A stretch of DNA of 63,993 bases, filler included, from Craspedostauros australis (taxonomy: Eukaryota), in NCBI GenBank assembly GCA_030167865.1. It is 7 parts of 7 records of this genome, joined end to end, with 100 filler letters (N's around TTAATTAATTAA, not from the genome) between each part and the next. Parts side by side here need not be neighbours in the genome. Positions count along the whole stretch, not along the records: positions 1 to 6,676 come from JALAGF010006490.1; positions 6,777 to 27,645 come from JALAGF010006493.1; 5 more parts are not named here. One strand, written 5' to 3'. The notes under the pieces were generated by a model. It was not told where the DNA came from. It worked only from the letters and a program-made list of their open reading frames with translations, and did no database searches. The position numbers were made by a program, and so were the translations under genes. Shown in pieces: positions 1 through 12,565 of this stretch. Position 1 is the first letter of the stretch; each line of letters opens with the position of its first letter.

Positions 1-17
1 CCAACAGCATCAACAAC

Positions 18-1788
18 ATGACCGTCAGGACCGTCTCAGTCATCGCACCAGCAACCCTCGGTGAAGGCTACACCTTCGATGCGACCGTCGATGGCACGAC
101 AGTGAGTTACGCGAAGAGCTCTCATGTCGGCAACAGCATGCGAAGCGTGGTGCTGCCAGCCGAGCGTGTACGCTGGACAACAAGACGGCACAATCAACTC
201 GCACCATGTCGGCACCTGTTGTGGGTGCATGCGTGACGCCGTGACATGCAGCAGCAAGAGCACGAAGATCTGCCTCGCGGCTTTGCACTTGATGTGCTGT
301 CAGCGTCTTCCTATTCACCGTCCTTTCGCTGGGTGTCTGCTTGGGATGGTGGCGTTGTGCCTTCGCTGTTCCATCCTTGTTGTCGTTGACACCATCGTCG
401 ACATCATCTCACCATCTCCTCAACAAACGAATTTCCATCCAACACTTCTTCCAACCGTGCCGTCCTCTGCAATCGACACGCGCGCACGCACGCACACACA
501 CACACACATCACCGCAGTTCACCGTCACTGTGCCAGAGGGGGGTGTCAAGGAGGGAGAATCTTTCCAGGTTCCATATCCAGAGGACGATATCATCCCTGT
601 GGCGCATGCGCAGCCGGCCATGGACCAGCCGGTTGCAGTGAGTGCAGGCCCAGTTGTCATCCAACCAATGGAAGTCGGGCAGGCGCCGAAAGGAGATGTT
701 GTGACTGGACGCTGGCGCAATGGTCTTTGCTCCTGTTGCGAGACCTGCTGCTGTCCATTTTGGGTGAGTACTCTTTACTCTAGGTATCATGCCATTGTAT
801 CTGCGGCTGCATCTTCACCTGCACCTATGAGAATGTTATGGGCAGGCAATCCGAAGAACAATCTCGGCGCCGAAATGCACAACCAAACAAGTCGAGACTT
901 CCCCAACTGATCATTTGTCGTGGTGACACCCATTGTTTTTTCTCTCTGTGCACACAACTTTTCTATTCCACAATGTTATATTCCACAATATTTTGTGTCC
1001 ATCCTCCGTTTCGCTCACTCTCTCATCGCTTGCCTTGCTGTTCCCACTGCATTTGCAACTCCAAACCACAAATGGCGGCTGTCCTCGCGGAACAGATGGG
1101 CTATTGCTGCGGTGGAGTTCTTCTGGGGCAAATCATGCAGCGCAACAAGCTCGATCCCATCGCGCGCGAAGGCAGCGAGTACAACAACACGTGCATCATC
1201 GTGTCTGCCATTTCCATCGTCTTCGCCATTCTCCTGGTCATCCTTGCTGGAACGGGGCCAGCCGGAACCGTCGGTAAGTATTCCATTGATCTACTCCATT
1301 TCTCGGAGCTTGACGAAGCTGAAAGAACACAGCAATGTTGTGTATGAAGGAATATTGAGAAATCATGTGCGTAGCCATTCCGTCTCATGTCTCATCCTAA
1401 CCATGCCACATCAATTCGTCCCTTTTCCCAACGCGATACCCACGCTCCGCGTGCGGCGTTCCATTTGCACTGCCATGCATGCACACCCGATGCCTGTGAA
1501 ATCACGTGGGCGCTGCGAACACAAAACATCAATTGACGAGCAGTTTACTTGCCCCTGCTCATCTACGTCGTGTACAACCTCACCATTGTCCGCTCCCTCT
1601 ACCGCCAGCGATACAACATTCGAGGAAGCTGCTGCGGTGAAGGATATGTGGATGATTGCTGCTGCTCGTTCTGGTGCTTCTGTTGCGTGCTATTCCAAGT
1701 GCACCGGCACGACCATGACGAGCTCCAGTACCCATACGATATGACAAGCTTCACTGGCCTTGGGCCCAGTGCTCCCGAGGTCGTGTAA
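18..1788 (+). CDS. PLAC8 (DUF614) Cys-rich membrane protein, 4 exons: 18-101, 518-763, 1096-1273, 1544-1788 (250 aa)
   Basis: All introns are GT-AG (donors GTGAGT, GTGAGT, GTAAGT). The exons sum to 753 nt and stay in frame. PLAC8 motifs: GRWRNGLCSCCETCCCPFW, R..YRQRYNIRGSCC, DDCCCSFWCFCCVLFQVHRH. Confidence 0.88.
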
Positions 1789-3299
1789 GCTCAGTGTGTC
1801 TCTCGACCAACAACCTTTCTTTGGATCGATGTGAAACAACGTGATACGACGCGATACGACAACAAAAGCGGCATGCACGAGCGCACTGACAGGTCTTCCT
1901 GGTGACATCCATCCATTCATCAGAGCCTTTTCCTTTGTTTTCGTTTTCGCGGAGGCGGGTCGATGTTCATGAAGGGCTGCGGGCATGGTGTGGGTGGGCG
2001 CATGCGCATGACACTAATATGCACGTCCAGTATGTATTTTGCCTCTAGTGGCCGACATCAACAGCCGAAAGATGAAGGGTGGGTGCTAATTGTCAGAGCA
2101 GTCTGGTCTGACAGCCTTCAATGTACTTCTTGCCATTTGCTAATTGTACTAATCAAAAATACTGGTTGGAGATTGTCTTCGGACAACTCATAATTAAGAA
2201 CACAAGAGCTTGGACCAGTGCATGCAACAACGGGCCAATACGTCTGTCGGGATGTGCTGGTGTGCACATCGCCCATCCAATCGGTTAGACTAGACTCGAC
2301 CAAGTAGCGTCGAGATTATTCGTGTCCCTAACGTTTCGTGTTTGAGAGCAACAACATAAACCCGGACACACTAAATTATCCAAGAATCCCAGCAGGGGAT
2401 TTGGGACAACCTAACCTGAGAGGATCAGGGCCTTCGTAGGTCCGCCAACCAACATGGCATCAAGGAAGGGTACATGGAGGTTGTGACTTATCTGAGGTGA
2501 TGACATGACCATCTGACCACCATATGATGACAGAATGAGGAATCAGAGAACGTGCGGAATAGAGTAGCTGACGTTGACAGGATGTCATTGTGTCACCACA
2601 TCGACATCTGTCTCAACATCTGGCAGAGAACAAAGAAGATTCAATGACGATCAGTCATTGAGATCTTGGAAGGTCAAGAAGGAGTTTGGAACAAGACAAT
2701 GGCATCTACACGTGCACATAGTAGTATGCTCATGGAGGATGAGATGATGAATGACGAATCGGATGTGTAGAACAGCATAGGAAGACTAGGCGCGAGAGAA
2801 AGACAGAGAGAGAGAGACAATGATGAGCAACATGAGAGGGAGCACCTCTGAAGCTCGCTCATAGTTGGCTCGAATCAACAGACAGAACGTCCAGGAGCAC
2901 TGGAGTCAGCACCAAGAGCATTGGTCACTACATAATGAAATAGCAAGAGAATTGACAACTATCACCACCACCATCTTCATCACAAGCAACTGCAAGGGTA
3001 CCAACTTCGGGACTTGCCAACATACGTCTACAGTAGTCACTTGTGCACTTTGATAGATTAAGAGTCATGGTTTACCACCAAGCTTACAACTTACTGTCAG
3101 GAATCGGGGGTACGACTTTGCAAAGATACCTTGTTATACCGCAGATCCCATGAGGACTGACTGGAACCGGAATGGTAGTATGTGAAAAGATATCCAAGAT
3201 TGCCGCAACCCCCAATAGCATTTCCCAGACAAACCGCAACCTAGCAATCGACCAGTCGCACTCGGACAGCCCAATGGCCTTACCTGTCTTATGCGACAT

Positions 3300-3889
3300 C
3301 CAAGCACCCTCATCCAGTGGCCTACTCGGCCATGTCCCAATAACGGTCGGGAACGGAGAGATCTATGAGGATGGCAACACACCAGCCCATGAGTGAATCG
3401 AGTGAGCGCGACAACCAATATATCTGAACAAGTCGACGCGTCCCTGAGAACCAAATGTGAGAAAGTGAAACAGAGGCGATCCCTATTCACCCAAGACCAC
3501 GATCCAGACGACAATAAGTTCCAAAGATCCAAAGGCAACCATCGAGATGACCGAAGGAAGGAACTGAAATGACGTGAACTGAAGTGGGACCAGTGAGATG
3601 ACAAGAGACCGAAGGAGAGGTACCTACAGGTCTACGAGTATGAACTTGACGAATGTAGGTGGCCTCCAACCTTCAGCTAAGCAGGCGATGAACCACCATG
3701 AACGCAAGATGCAGATGCAGATGCAGATGAAAGGAGCCAAGCTAAAGGGCGTAACCTTGGGTGGCTACTGCAGATCATGCCTGTTGCAGAATTGGAATCG
3801 AAAGGAGATGAACATGTTATGCTCACAGTTCTAAAACGGTACAGACTGATAACAGATTAGTCTACTACTATAACCCCGGATTTCCAACA
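3300..3889 (-). mobile_element. Degenerate LTR-like repeat, minus copy starting TGTTGGAAATCCGGGGTTA at 3889; left boundary approximate
   Basis: The reverse complement aligns for several hundred bp with 5688-6190 and with 4576-4612. Confidence 0.6.
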
Positions 3890-3908
3890 ACTTACTGTCC
3901 AACTTCAC

Positions 3909-4612
3909 CATGGCAAGAGCAACCAACAACCAAGCAGTTACAGCTATCATCAAGGAGCTCGTCAAACTTGATGATTAGGAAAGTTCCTTCTTGACGAACA
4001 CCCTTGGACGAATCTACAGGGCAATCCAAAACCCAGCCAACACCATTGTGGCTGCTCTGACACTCTCTCCCACCCTCACTGCAATCAACATAGCCAACAT
4101 CTTTTGCATCTTCACATACACCAGGTCCAACATGATTGAGGCAACAATGGACTGGCCAGCCATTGATGCATTCATTGAAAGGCAGAAACAATGTCCTGCC
4201 ATAGATCGAAACTCCTGTTGCCAATTGGGCAGCGCAATTGCAAGTGGAGATCACACTCAAGGAAGTGGCACTACTTGAGATGCCAGTGGAGCTGAGTTGC
4301 AAGGTGACAGTGTCATCCCCACAATGCACTGCTCCTCTTGCAAGCTATCTGTCAACACTGGCAGGGTGGTGTTATGACAAGGCCACCATGCCTGACACCC
4401 CCGCATTCTCCAGAGCCAACACCGACTGGTACAATTGGAAAATCAGTTTCACTTGCACAATGGTGACAATGAGATTGGTGGACTATATGAAGGAAGCCAA
4501 GCTGCCAAACTAAAACATGCAGATTGACAACCAATTCTACACCATCCTCAACAGCAAAATGCATAGGGGGACAAGTGTTGGAAATCCAGGGTTATAGTAG
4601 TAATCTAATCTG
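3909..4612 (+). mobile_element. Internally deleted LTR-retrotransposon remnant: gag-like fragment, PPT and truncated LTR
   Basis: Broken ORF containing DWYNWKISF..M...LVDYM (gag N-terminal-like). Purine tract AGGGGGACAAG directly precedes TGTTGGAAATCC at 4576. The LTR stops at a (TA)n run. Confidence 0.5.
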
Positions 4613-4623
4613 TATATATATAT

Positions 4624-4839
4624 GAGCCCATTCAGTCACAAACCAACGAGTCGCGGGGGGAGACATTTTTTGGCCAGTTGGTCCGTCCTTCCGAGGCTCT
4701 CGCAGTGCGCCGTGTTGTAGCAATGCTCCGTCGGTCCGACTTTTTGACGAGAACTGTCAATCTTCCGTCAATGCCGGTTCAACAAAAACGGGTTGCAGCA
4801 AGACTTCGTGTTGAGGGTCCACCCAACATTTCCACCCAA
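4624..4839. mobile_element. Probable terminus of a Sola3-like DNA transposon
   Basis: Starts GAGCCCATTCAGT after (TA)n, matching the terminus GAGCCCGATCAGT at 57016 (minus) and GAGCCATGTGAGT at 28738. Confidence 0.4.
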
Positions 4840-5229
4840 NNNNNNNNNNNNNNNNNNNNNNNNNNNNNNNNNNNNNNNNNNNNNNNNNNNNNNNNNNNNN
4901 NNNNNNNNNNNNNNNNNNNNNNNNNNNNNNNNNNNNNNNNNNNNNNNNNNNNNNNNNNNNNNNNNNNNNNNNNNNNNNNNNNNNNNGCGATTGCTGGTGG
5001 TCGTGTTGACGGACAGACATATATTTTGCGCTTTTTACTGTTGTCGGTGCGAAAGAGTCGTTTTTGCTTCCGGTGTTTTTTTCCGTCCGGTCGGGTAATC
5101 ATGGTGGCCGACAGAGGAGTTTTGCACAACATGCAAAGTCGCCAACGCAGAAAACCAGCCAAACAAAGTGCCGAAGCACACACCAATTTGATTTGTAAGT
5201 GGTATAGTTTACAGTGAAAGCTGGCACGC

Positions 5230-5687
5230 CCCTTCATCTTGAGGATGACTCCCGTCGAACAGAGCAGTGACGAAAGTGGCGAGTGCTGGTCTCGCCAGTG
5301 CTTTTGTGAGCATATCTGCGAAGTTCTGTGCTGGTGGAACGTATACCGGCACTTGCATACTGGCTCACACAGATTCGCGGACTTTGTGAAATGATATCGC
5401 TGCATGCTTCTTTTGTAGCAGGCTCTCTGTGATCGTCGTGTTCGAGATTGCAGCATTGTTGTCACATGATGCGATTACTGGCAACTTGACTTGCACCCTC
5501 AGCAATTGGAGTGCACATTGAAGCACAATGATCTCTTCTGCCACGGATCCCATGACATTGAATTTGGCGCCGTATGTTGAAGTTGCGGCTGATGATTGCC
5601 TCTTGCTTGAGAAGTATACTGGTGTTCTTCCAAGGCATAGAATGATGCCAGTATTGGATCTTCATGTGACTCAATCGTGTGCATGAT
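5230..5687 (-). pseudogene. Ty1/copia RNase H remnant (frameshifted)
   Basis: Minus-strand peptides SCDNNAAI...SLLQKKHAAISFHKVRESV and NFADMLTKAL, the canonical copia RNase H end. Confidence 0.8.
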
Positions 5688-6200
5688 TGTTGGAAATCCG
5701 GGGTTAAGGTAGTAGACTAATCTGTTATCAATCTGTACCAATTTAGAACTGTGAGAACAAACTCCTTGACTCTCCTCAATTCCAATTCAACAGCAAGCGT
5801 AATCCGTAGCAGTTCACCATGATCATGCACTTGTTCATGGTTGCTTTCATCTGCTTCATCATCTTGCTCTCATGCTCTCTTCTGCGGATTCTTCATGCAT
5901 TATCGTGGTGATTTGCATCGTCTACATTCGAGCAGCATCTCTCATAGACGCACAGGTACCTTCAGCATGGGTCTCAGTCTGATTGATCCCACATGGCCCT
6001 CGGTTCCTCAGTATTCCTCCTGCGCCATCATCACATACTCACCGGTCATGTTCAATCCATGTCGCGTTGTCATTCGTGCTCTTGAGCGGATAGGGGGATC
6101 GCCTCCGTTTCTCTTTCTCGGAGAAGCGATCCCTTGTCCGTCGATGCGCGTTGACATGTCTAATATATATCGACGGTGTCGCCCATAGTCTTGGGTCCTG
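5688..6200 (+). mobile_element. LTR-like repeat copy abutting the copia remnant; right boundary approximate
   Basis: Starts TGTTGGAAATCCGGGGTTA and is homologous to 3300-3889 (minus). Confidence 0.55.
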
Positions 6201-6676
6201 TGCGAATACATCCCTAGTGGTCAAACCATAGGTTCGCCCTCATTTCAGCAGTGGTACATGGATAGGCTCCATGGCGGGACATGACTGATGTTGATGTCAT
6301 TCATGGACAGAAGGTTGATGGGGGACAGGCTACAAGGTGGTCCGAGTGTTATCAACAAAGTTGATCTTGTCAAGTTGTGAAGATATTATTGGGAGGTGCG
6401 GCAATCATGGGTATCTTGGTAAAAGCGTACCCCCGATTCCTGACACATGATCGCCATTGACGAATGCATACATTGGCAGTTGTAGGTAGATCAGCTTTGG
6501 CGATCTGTTGTCGATTTCCTCTGATGCTTCCGGGTATTCCTCGTTCATCTGTGAGGCCATTTCTGGATTGGATGGTGTTGCATTGAAGTTGCCAAATATC
6601 ATCGGGCAAGAGTCAATCTGTGTTTGCAATGTGGACTTGTGCTCCAGATATCCCCATACTTTGATGGCTCTCTCAA

Positions 6677-6776
6677 NNNNNNNNNNNNNNNNNNNNNNNN
6701 NNNNNNNNNNNNNNNNNNNNTTAATTAATTAANNNNNNNNNNNNNNNNNNNNNNNNNNNNNNNNNNNNNNNNNNNN
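6677..6776. other. Artificial contig linker N-TTAATTAATTAA-N; the 12-mer also occurs at 27690, 40936, 45247, 52712 and 62216
   Basis: An identical 12-mer with stops in all six frames sits in the centre of a 100-nt N block six times. Confidence 0.97.
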
Positions 6777-8920
6777 GTGATTTCCAGTGGTTGGAAGTAC
6801 AGTTCACCCTTCTTGCGAGAGATTTTCTTGGGATCAGGAAGGTGCTTGTACTTGGTCGGCAAGACCCAAGTTCGCTTGTACGTGGTCTTCTGCGCTCGGA
6901 CCATGCGCCCAACACGTTCGAAGTTCACCTTATACGCCTTTCCTCCTTNCGCAAAACAGTTATNTGTTGGGGCAAATGCTGTTGATGCAATTGCCATGGT
7001 CTTGTCAATGTGACACTTGTGATGCACAGTCTGCTTCACAGGCTTAACTCCCATCTGGGGCACATGTTTCAGATGCTTGCAAGCGACAATGGAGTAGAAC
7101 CACTTTTCGTCCATGTGGACAACAACAACTTGTGTATTCTCAAACTGCTCGGCTGCTTCCCAGAACACACAGAAGTCCTTGGCCCAGATGTTGCGCTTTG
7201 CTGTTGTGGTGCCATTGATCAGAGGGAGTATTGTTGTAGAACAGTACTCACTGCCTTCCAATCCCATGACGAATTTGCGGATACACTTCGGACCAACAAC
7301 TTGCGGGTTTCCGCTGCCTGCCAGTTTCCATGCAATTCTGTCCCACGAGATTGCGCCATTGCACCGTCGCAACACATCCTGGAGCTCAATTTGCAGGAAG
7401 GGACCACGCTCCAACCACAAATCAGCCAGTGCTTTTGCGGATGCCAGCTCTTCCAGCGAAGCAGAGGCATAGGCAGAAGCGATTTCGTCATTCTTCAACT
7501 GTTGCTCTGGATGTCGAAGACGTAGTTGTTTCTCGAAGGCTGCGCGTGGCGTGAAGTACTGTCGTTGCTTGATGNGGCAGGTGAAGATGCTGCTGCCTGC
7601 GTCACTTCGCTTCTTGCATTCGAGCGTCTCCGTTTGGAATTTCACAATGTTGCGCCCTACTGTGGTGCGGTCGATACCCCATGCATGGGCGATCAATTTC
7701 ATGTTGGCTGGAATCCCACCCAAATTGAAATAGAGAACAGTGTAGTTCCGATTGTCTTCTTTGTCAAGGCGCTTGCAAGGATCACCAGGCTTAGCAATAC
7801 TACGCCCTCCATCCTTTCGCAACCATCNTTTTGTTTTCGCGCCTTTCTTCATCTGCTTCGTGAGCTGGGCGATTGCTGTTGCTTTCTGACACCGCGAGAC
7901 CTCGAGAAAAGCGGCGATTTTGGCTTCTTGCGATTCTGTGGTAGTTGGGGATGGTGTGGGGGGCTTAGCCTTGTTGTTGACACGCGTGGCAGCGACGGAG
8001 TGATGCTGGGGAGAAAGGAGGGAAGGTTTAGCAAGGCCTCCAGCAGTGCGAGTCCGTGCGAAGGTAGCGAGGCTGTGTGGTGTGCACAGATCCTCGCGAA
8101 CAACATACATTNNNNNNNNNNNNNNNNNNNNNNNNNNNNNNNNNNNNNNNNNNNNNNNNNNCGGCGTGAAGTACTGTCGTTGCTTGATGGGGCAGGTGAA
8201 GATGCTGCTGCCTGCGTCACTTCGCTTCTTGCATTCGAGCGTCTCTGTTTGGAATTTCAAAATGTTGCGCCCTACTGTGGTGCGGTCGATACCCCATGCA
8301 TGGGCGATCAATTTCGTGTTGGCTGGAATCGCACCCAAATTGAAATAGAGAACAGTGTAGTTCCGATTGTCTTCTTTGTCAAGGCGTTTGCCAGCATCAC
8401 CAGGCTTAGCAATACTACGCCCTCCATCCTTTCGCAACCATCCTTTTGTTTTCGCGCCTTTCTTCATCTGCTTCGTGAGATGAGCGATTGCTGTTGCTTT
8501 CTGACGCCGCGAGACCTCGAGAAAAGCGGCGATTTTGGCTTCTTGCGATTCCGTGGTAGTTGGGGATGGTGTGGGGGGCTTAGCCTTGTTGTTGGCACGC
8601 GTGGCAGCGATGGAGTGATGCTGGGGAGAAAGGAGGGAAGGCTTAGCAAGGCCACCAGCAGTGCGAGTCCGCGCGAAGGTAGCGATGCTGTGTGGTGCGC
8701 ACAGATCCTCACGAACAACATACATTCGGCTCTGCCCCATCACTGGGGTCACCATGACCATTGCCGCCTCTCCTGGTGCAAGAGGCCCATCACGTTTGAT
8801 TGTAGCGCCATCCGTGGTCTGCTTCATTGCAAACTCAACATGGCATACGCCCAGGTCACGGATCCTGTCATTGGAGTCCGTGTGAGGTGCCACCTTCACA
8901 CAATCACCAGCGCGCAGCAT
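6777..8920 (-). mobile_element. Tc1/mariner-superfamily transposase (plant DD39D-like first motif), 3'-truncated by the contig end; internal duplication across an N gap
   Basis: VVHMDEKWFY matches the HIDEKWF first catalytic Asp motif of plant-type mariners. HKCHIDKTM follows, and IAHAWGIDRTTVGRNI is HTH-like. Confidence 0.72.
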
Positions 8921-11894
8921 GTTTGCAAGGTGAAGAGTACAGTGATTGCACGATTGTTTGTACTGTGTTAATGGAGGCTGCAGTGTACTTCAAAGACACA
9001 TCGCGACGCACACCAGAATCACGAGGACAGCAACACAGCGCACCGCATCATCAGCCATCGAAGCACAGCACGGCGCAGCGCGTCACAGGGGGCATGGGCA
9101 ACATTGGATGGTCACAAGGTGCATTGTGTCGTCCGCTCTCTCCCATGTGGACAGTCACAGTCATTCTACATTGTTGTACAATCAGTGGCTACAAGCAACA
9201 GAGAATCAACAGCAGGTCGTCCCAGATGTGCAATGTTTCCGTTGTCCATTTTGTGAGGTCAGTTTTGTTGTTGTGGAATGGAGGCGCAATTNNNNNNNNN
9301 NNNNNNNNNNNNNNNNNNNNNNNNNNNNNNNNNNNNNNNNNCGAACAACATACATTCGGCTCTGCCCCATCACTGGGGTCACCATGATCATCTCCACCTC
9401 TCCTGGTGCAAGAGGCCCATCACGTTTGACAGTAGCGCCCTGAACAGTCAGCTTCATTGCAAACTCAACATGACATACGCCCAGGTCATGGACCCTGCCA
9501 CTTGAGCTCTGGTGGGGTGCCACCTTCACACAGTCGCCAGCGCGCAGCATGCTTGCAAGGTGAAGAGTACAGTGATTGCAGGGTGATGTGTGCTGTGTTG
9601 GTGGAGGCTGCAGTNNNNNNNNNNNNNNNNNNNNNNNNNNNNNNNNNNNNNNNNNNNNNNNNNCACAGCGCACCGCATCATCAGCCATCGAAGCACAGCA
9701 CGGCGCAGCGCGTCACAGGGGGCATGGGCAACATTGGATGGTCACAAGGTGCATTGTGTCGTCCGCTCTCTCCCATGTGGACAGTCACAGTCATTCTACA
9801 TTGTTGTACAATCAGTGGCTACAAGCAACAGAGAATCAACAGCAGGTCGTCCCAGATGTGCAATGTTTCCGTTGTCCATTTTGTGAGGTCAGTTTTGTTG
9901 TTGTGGAATGGAGGCGCAATTTGGGACTCGAAAAGTGTTCCCATTGGTTGCCACATTCGGTAGATTTGTGGTTAATCTCCGTGGCCCCCAACAGCAAAAA
10001 CTGTTTGAGAACACCAAACACAACACAACAACGCGACAATGGAGAAACACAACAAAACTCCTCAAGCGCCGTCGAACGGCATCATCGGCACTGCGACAAC
10101 CAGCGGCCCAGTGTAAGATCCGAGGGAATAGGCGGAACCGCCATGGAAAGATTGGTGGATGAGCGAGAGGGGGATGCCATCGTGGTTGATTTGGGGCCGT
10201 GGCAGGCCCACGCGCACACGACACGATTCGGAGGAACATCAGCTCATTGGATATGGTCTCTGCCTGGAATGCACAGGCCATTCCAACGACTATTGATGGG
10301 CAAGGCGTATCCAAGAGGATACGATGAAGATTCACACGAAGTTTGAGGGTCGGGGGTGGCCTGGAAGGTGCCCTCCGCAAGAAACAAGTTGAGGGCAAGA
10401 GTTTTTTGGTGGGTGGNNNNNNNNNNNNNNNNNNNNNNNNNNNNNNNNNNNNNNNNNNNNNNNNNNTCGTCCCAGATGTGCAATGTTTCCGTTGTCCATT
10501 TTGTGAGGTCAGTTTTGTTGTTGTGGAATGGAGGCGCAATTCGGGACTCGAAAAGTGTTCCCATTGGTTGGCACATTCGGTAGAATTGTGGTTAATCTCC
10601 GTGGCCCCCAACAGCAAAAACTGTTTGAGAACACCAAACACAACACAACAACACGACAATGGAGAAACACAACAAAACTCCTCAAGCGCCGTCGAACGGC
10701 ATCATCGGCACTGCGACAACCAGCGGTCCAGTGTAAGATCCGAGGGAATAGGCGGAACCGCCATGGAAAGATTGGTGGATGAGCGAGAGGGGGATGCCAT
10801 CGTGGTTGATTTGGGGCCGTGGCAGGCCCACGCGCACACGACACGATTCGGAGGAACATCAGCTCATTGGATATGGTCTCTGCCTGGAATGCACAGGCCA
10901 TTCCAACGACTATTGATGGGCAAGACGTATCCAAGAGGATACGATGAAGATGCACACGAAGTTTGAGGGTCGGGAGTGGCCTGGAAGGTGCCCTCCGCAA
11001 GAAACAAGTTGAGGGCAAGAGTTTTTTGGTGGGTGGCGGCGGACCCATCACATGACTTCGGTGGTGATGGGTGCCGTTCACAAGTCANCCAAATCGCCAA
11101 GCCACTCATACAAGATGTGTTCGNAATCAACTCAAGATGGCTATGACGAAGTATCCTGCGCAGATACGGTCTGGAAGAGGCTGCAGCCTGGGATGCACAA
11201 AAAATGGTTTTTTTGGGGTGTCGGAAAAACATCATGATGGCATCATCACATGGAGGTGTACCTTTGGAAGTACGAACTCCCCACCCATTCTGAACACATC
11301 AGTGTGTCGCCAGAGAATGTGGGAACGCATGAGGGGCATGNNNNNNNNNNNNNNNNNNNNNNNNNNNNNNNNNNNNNNNNNNNNNNNNNNCCAGTGTAAG
11401 ATCCGAGGGAATAGGCGGAACCGCCATGGAAAGATTGGTGGATGAGCGAGAGGGGGATGCCATCGTGGTTGATTTGGGGCCGTGGCAGGCCCACGCGCAC
11501 ACGACACGATTCGGAGGAACATCAGCTCATTGGATATGGTCTCTGCCTGGAATGCACAGGCCATTCCAACGACTATTGATGGGCAAGNCGTATCCAAGAG
11601 GATACGATGAAGATNCACACGAAGTTTGAGGGTCGGGNGTGGCCTGGAAGGTGCCCTCCGCAAGAAACAAGTTGAGGGCAAGAGTTTTTTGGTGGGTGGC
11701 GGCGGACCCATCACATGACTTCGGTGGTGATGGGTGCCGTTCACAAGTCACCCAAATCGCCAAGCCACTCATACAAGATGTGTTCGAAATCAACTCAAGA
11801 TGGCTATGACGAAGTATCCTGCGCAGATACGGTCTGGAAGAGGCTGCAGCCTGGGATGCACAAAAAATGGTTTTTTTGGGGTGTCGGAAAAACA
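8921..11894. repeat. Collapsed or overlapping copies of the transposon 5' region, duplicated across 50-N gaps
   Basis: 9033-9291 recurs at 9664-9921, 9847-10416 recurs at 10467-11036, and 10728-11232 recurs at 11391-11894, each with few SNPs. Confidence 0.8.
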
Positions 11895-12565
11895 NNNNNN
11901 NNNNNNNNNNNNNNNNNNNNNNNNNNNNNNNNNNNNNNNNNNNNNNNNNNNNNNNNNNNNNNNNNNNNNNNNNNNNNNNNNNNNNNNNNNNNNNNNNNNN
12001 NNNNNNNNNNNNNNNNNNNNNNNNNNNNNNNNNNNNNNNNNNNNNNNNNNNNNGGCATCAGCATCGAAATCGTGTTTTCAAAAATTCTGCTTTTCAGTGC
12101 AGGGACAGTTTGGAGTATGAGATGAGCCTATCTGCGCAGGATCTTCATGGAGTGGATATATGGGGGGTATCCGGAGCCAGTGTGGTGCGCAGATTGTGAA
12201 AATGCCAGGGATGATAATGATGATCATGGGTGCTGAAGGTAGGNNNNNNNNNNNNNNNNNNNNNNNNNNNNNNNNNNNNNNNNNNNNNNNNNNCATGGTG
12301 GCACCCCGAATTTTTCGCACCCACCACCTGACAGACAGCAAGCCAAAACGACATTAAAAATAAAGTCCATACAAATTCAACTTTGATATTCAGAATAATC
12401 GATAGCCAAGCGTCCGAATGCACTGTCTATTTTTAATTTTAAATGTTGTGGTGTCGAGATATAACATCATAAGCAGTTGTTTGGATGGTTTTGGGTGTGC
12501 TCTATTTTAGTCTACTTTATCACGACTCATCACGAGTAAAACTCAAAAAACACTCCACAACTAGT

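Noticed and set aside
6721..6732. Recurrent palindrome TTAATTAATTAA
   Set aside because: Always centred in N blocks; a synthetic linker. Gene neighbourhoods across it are meaningless.
7548..8722. Apparent tandem domain duplication in the 731-aa ORF, and similar ones at 29465/29575, 51893/51986 and 55386/55510
   Set aside because: Each duplication flanks a 50-N gap, so these are unmerged overlapping contigs or collapsed copies.
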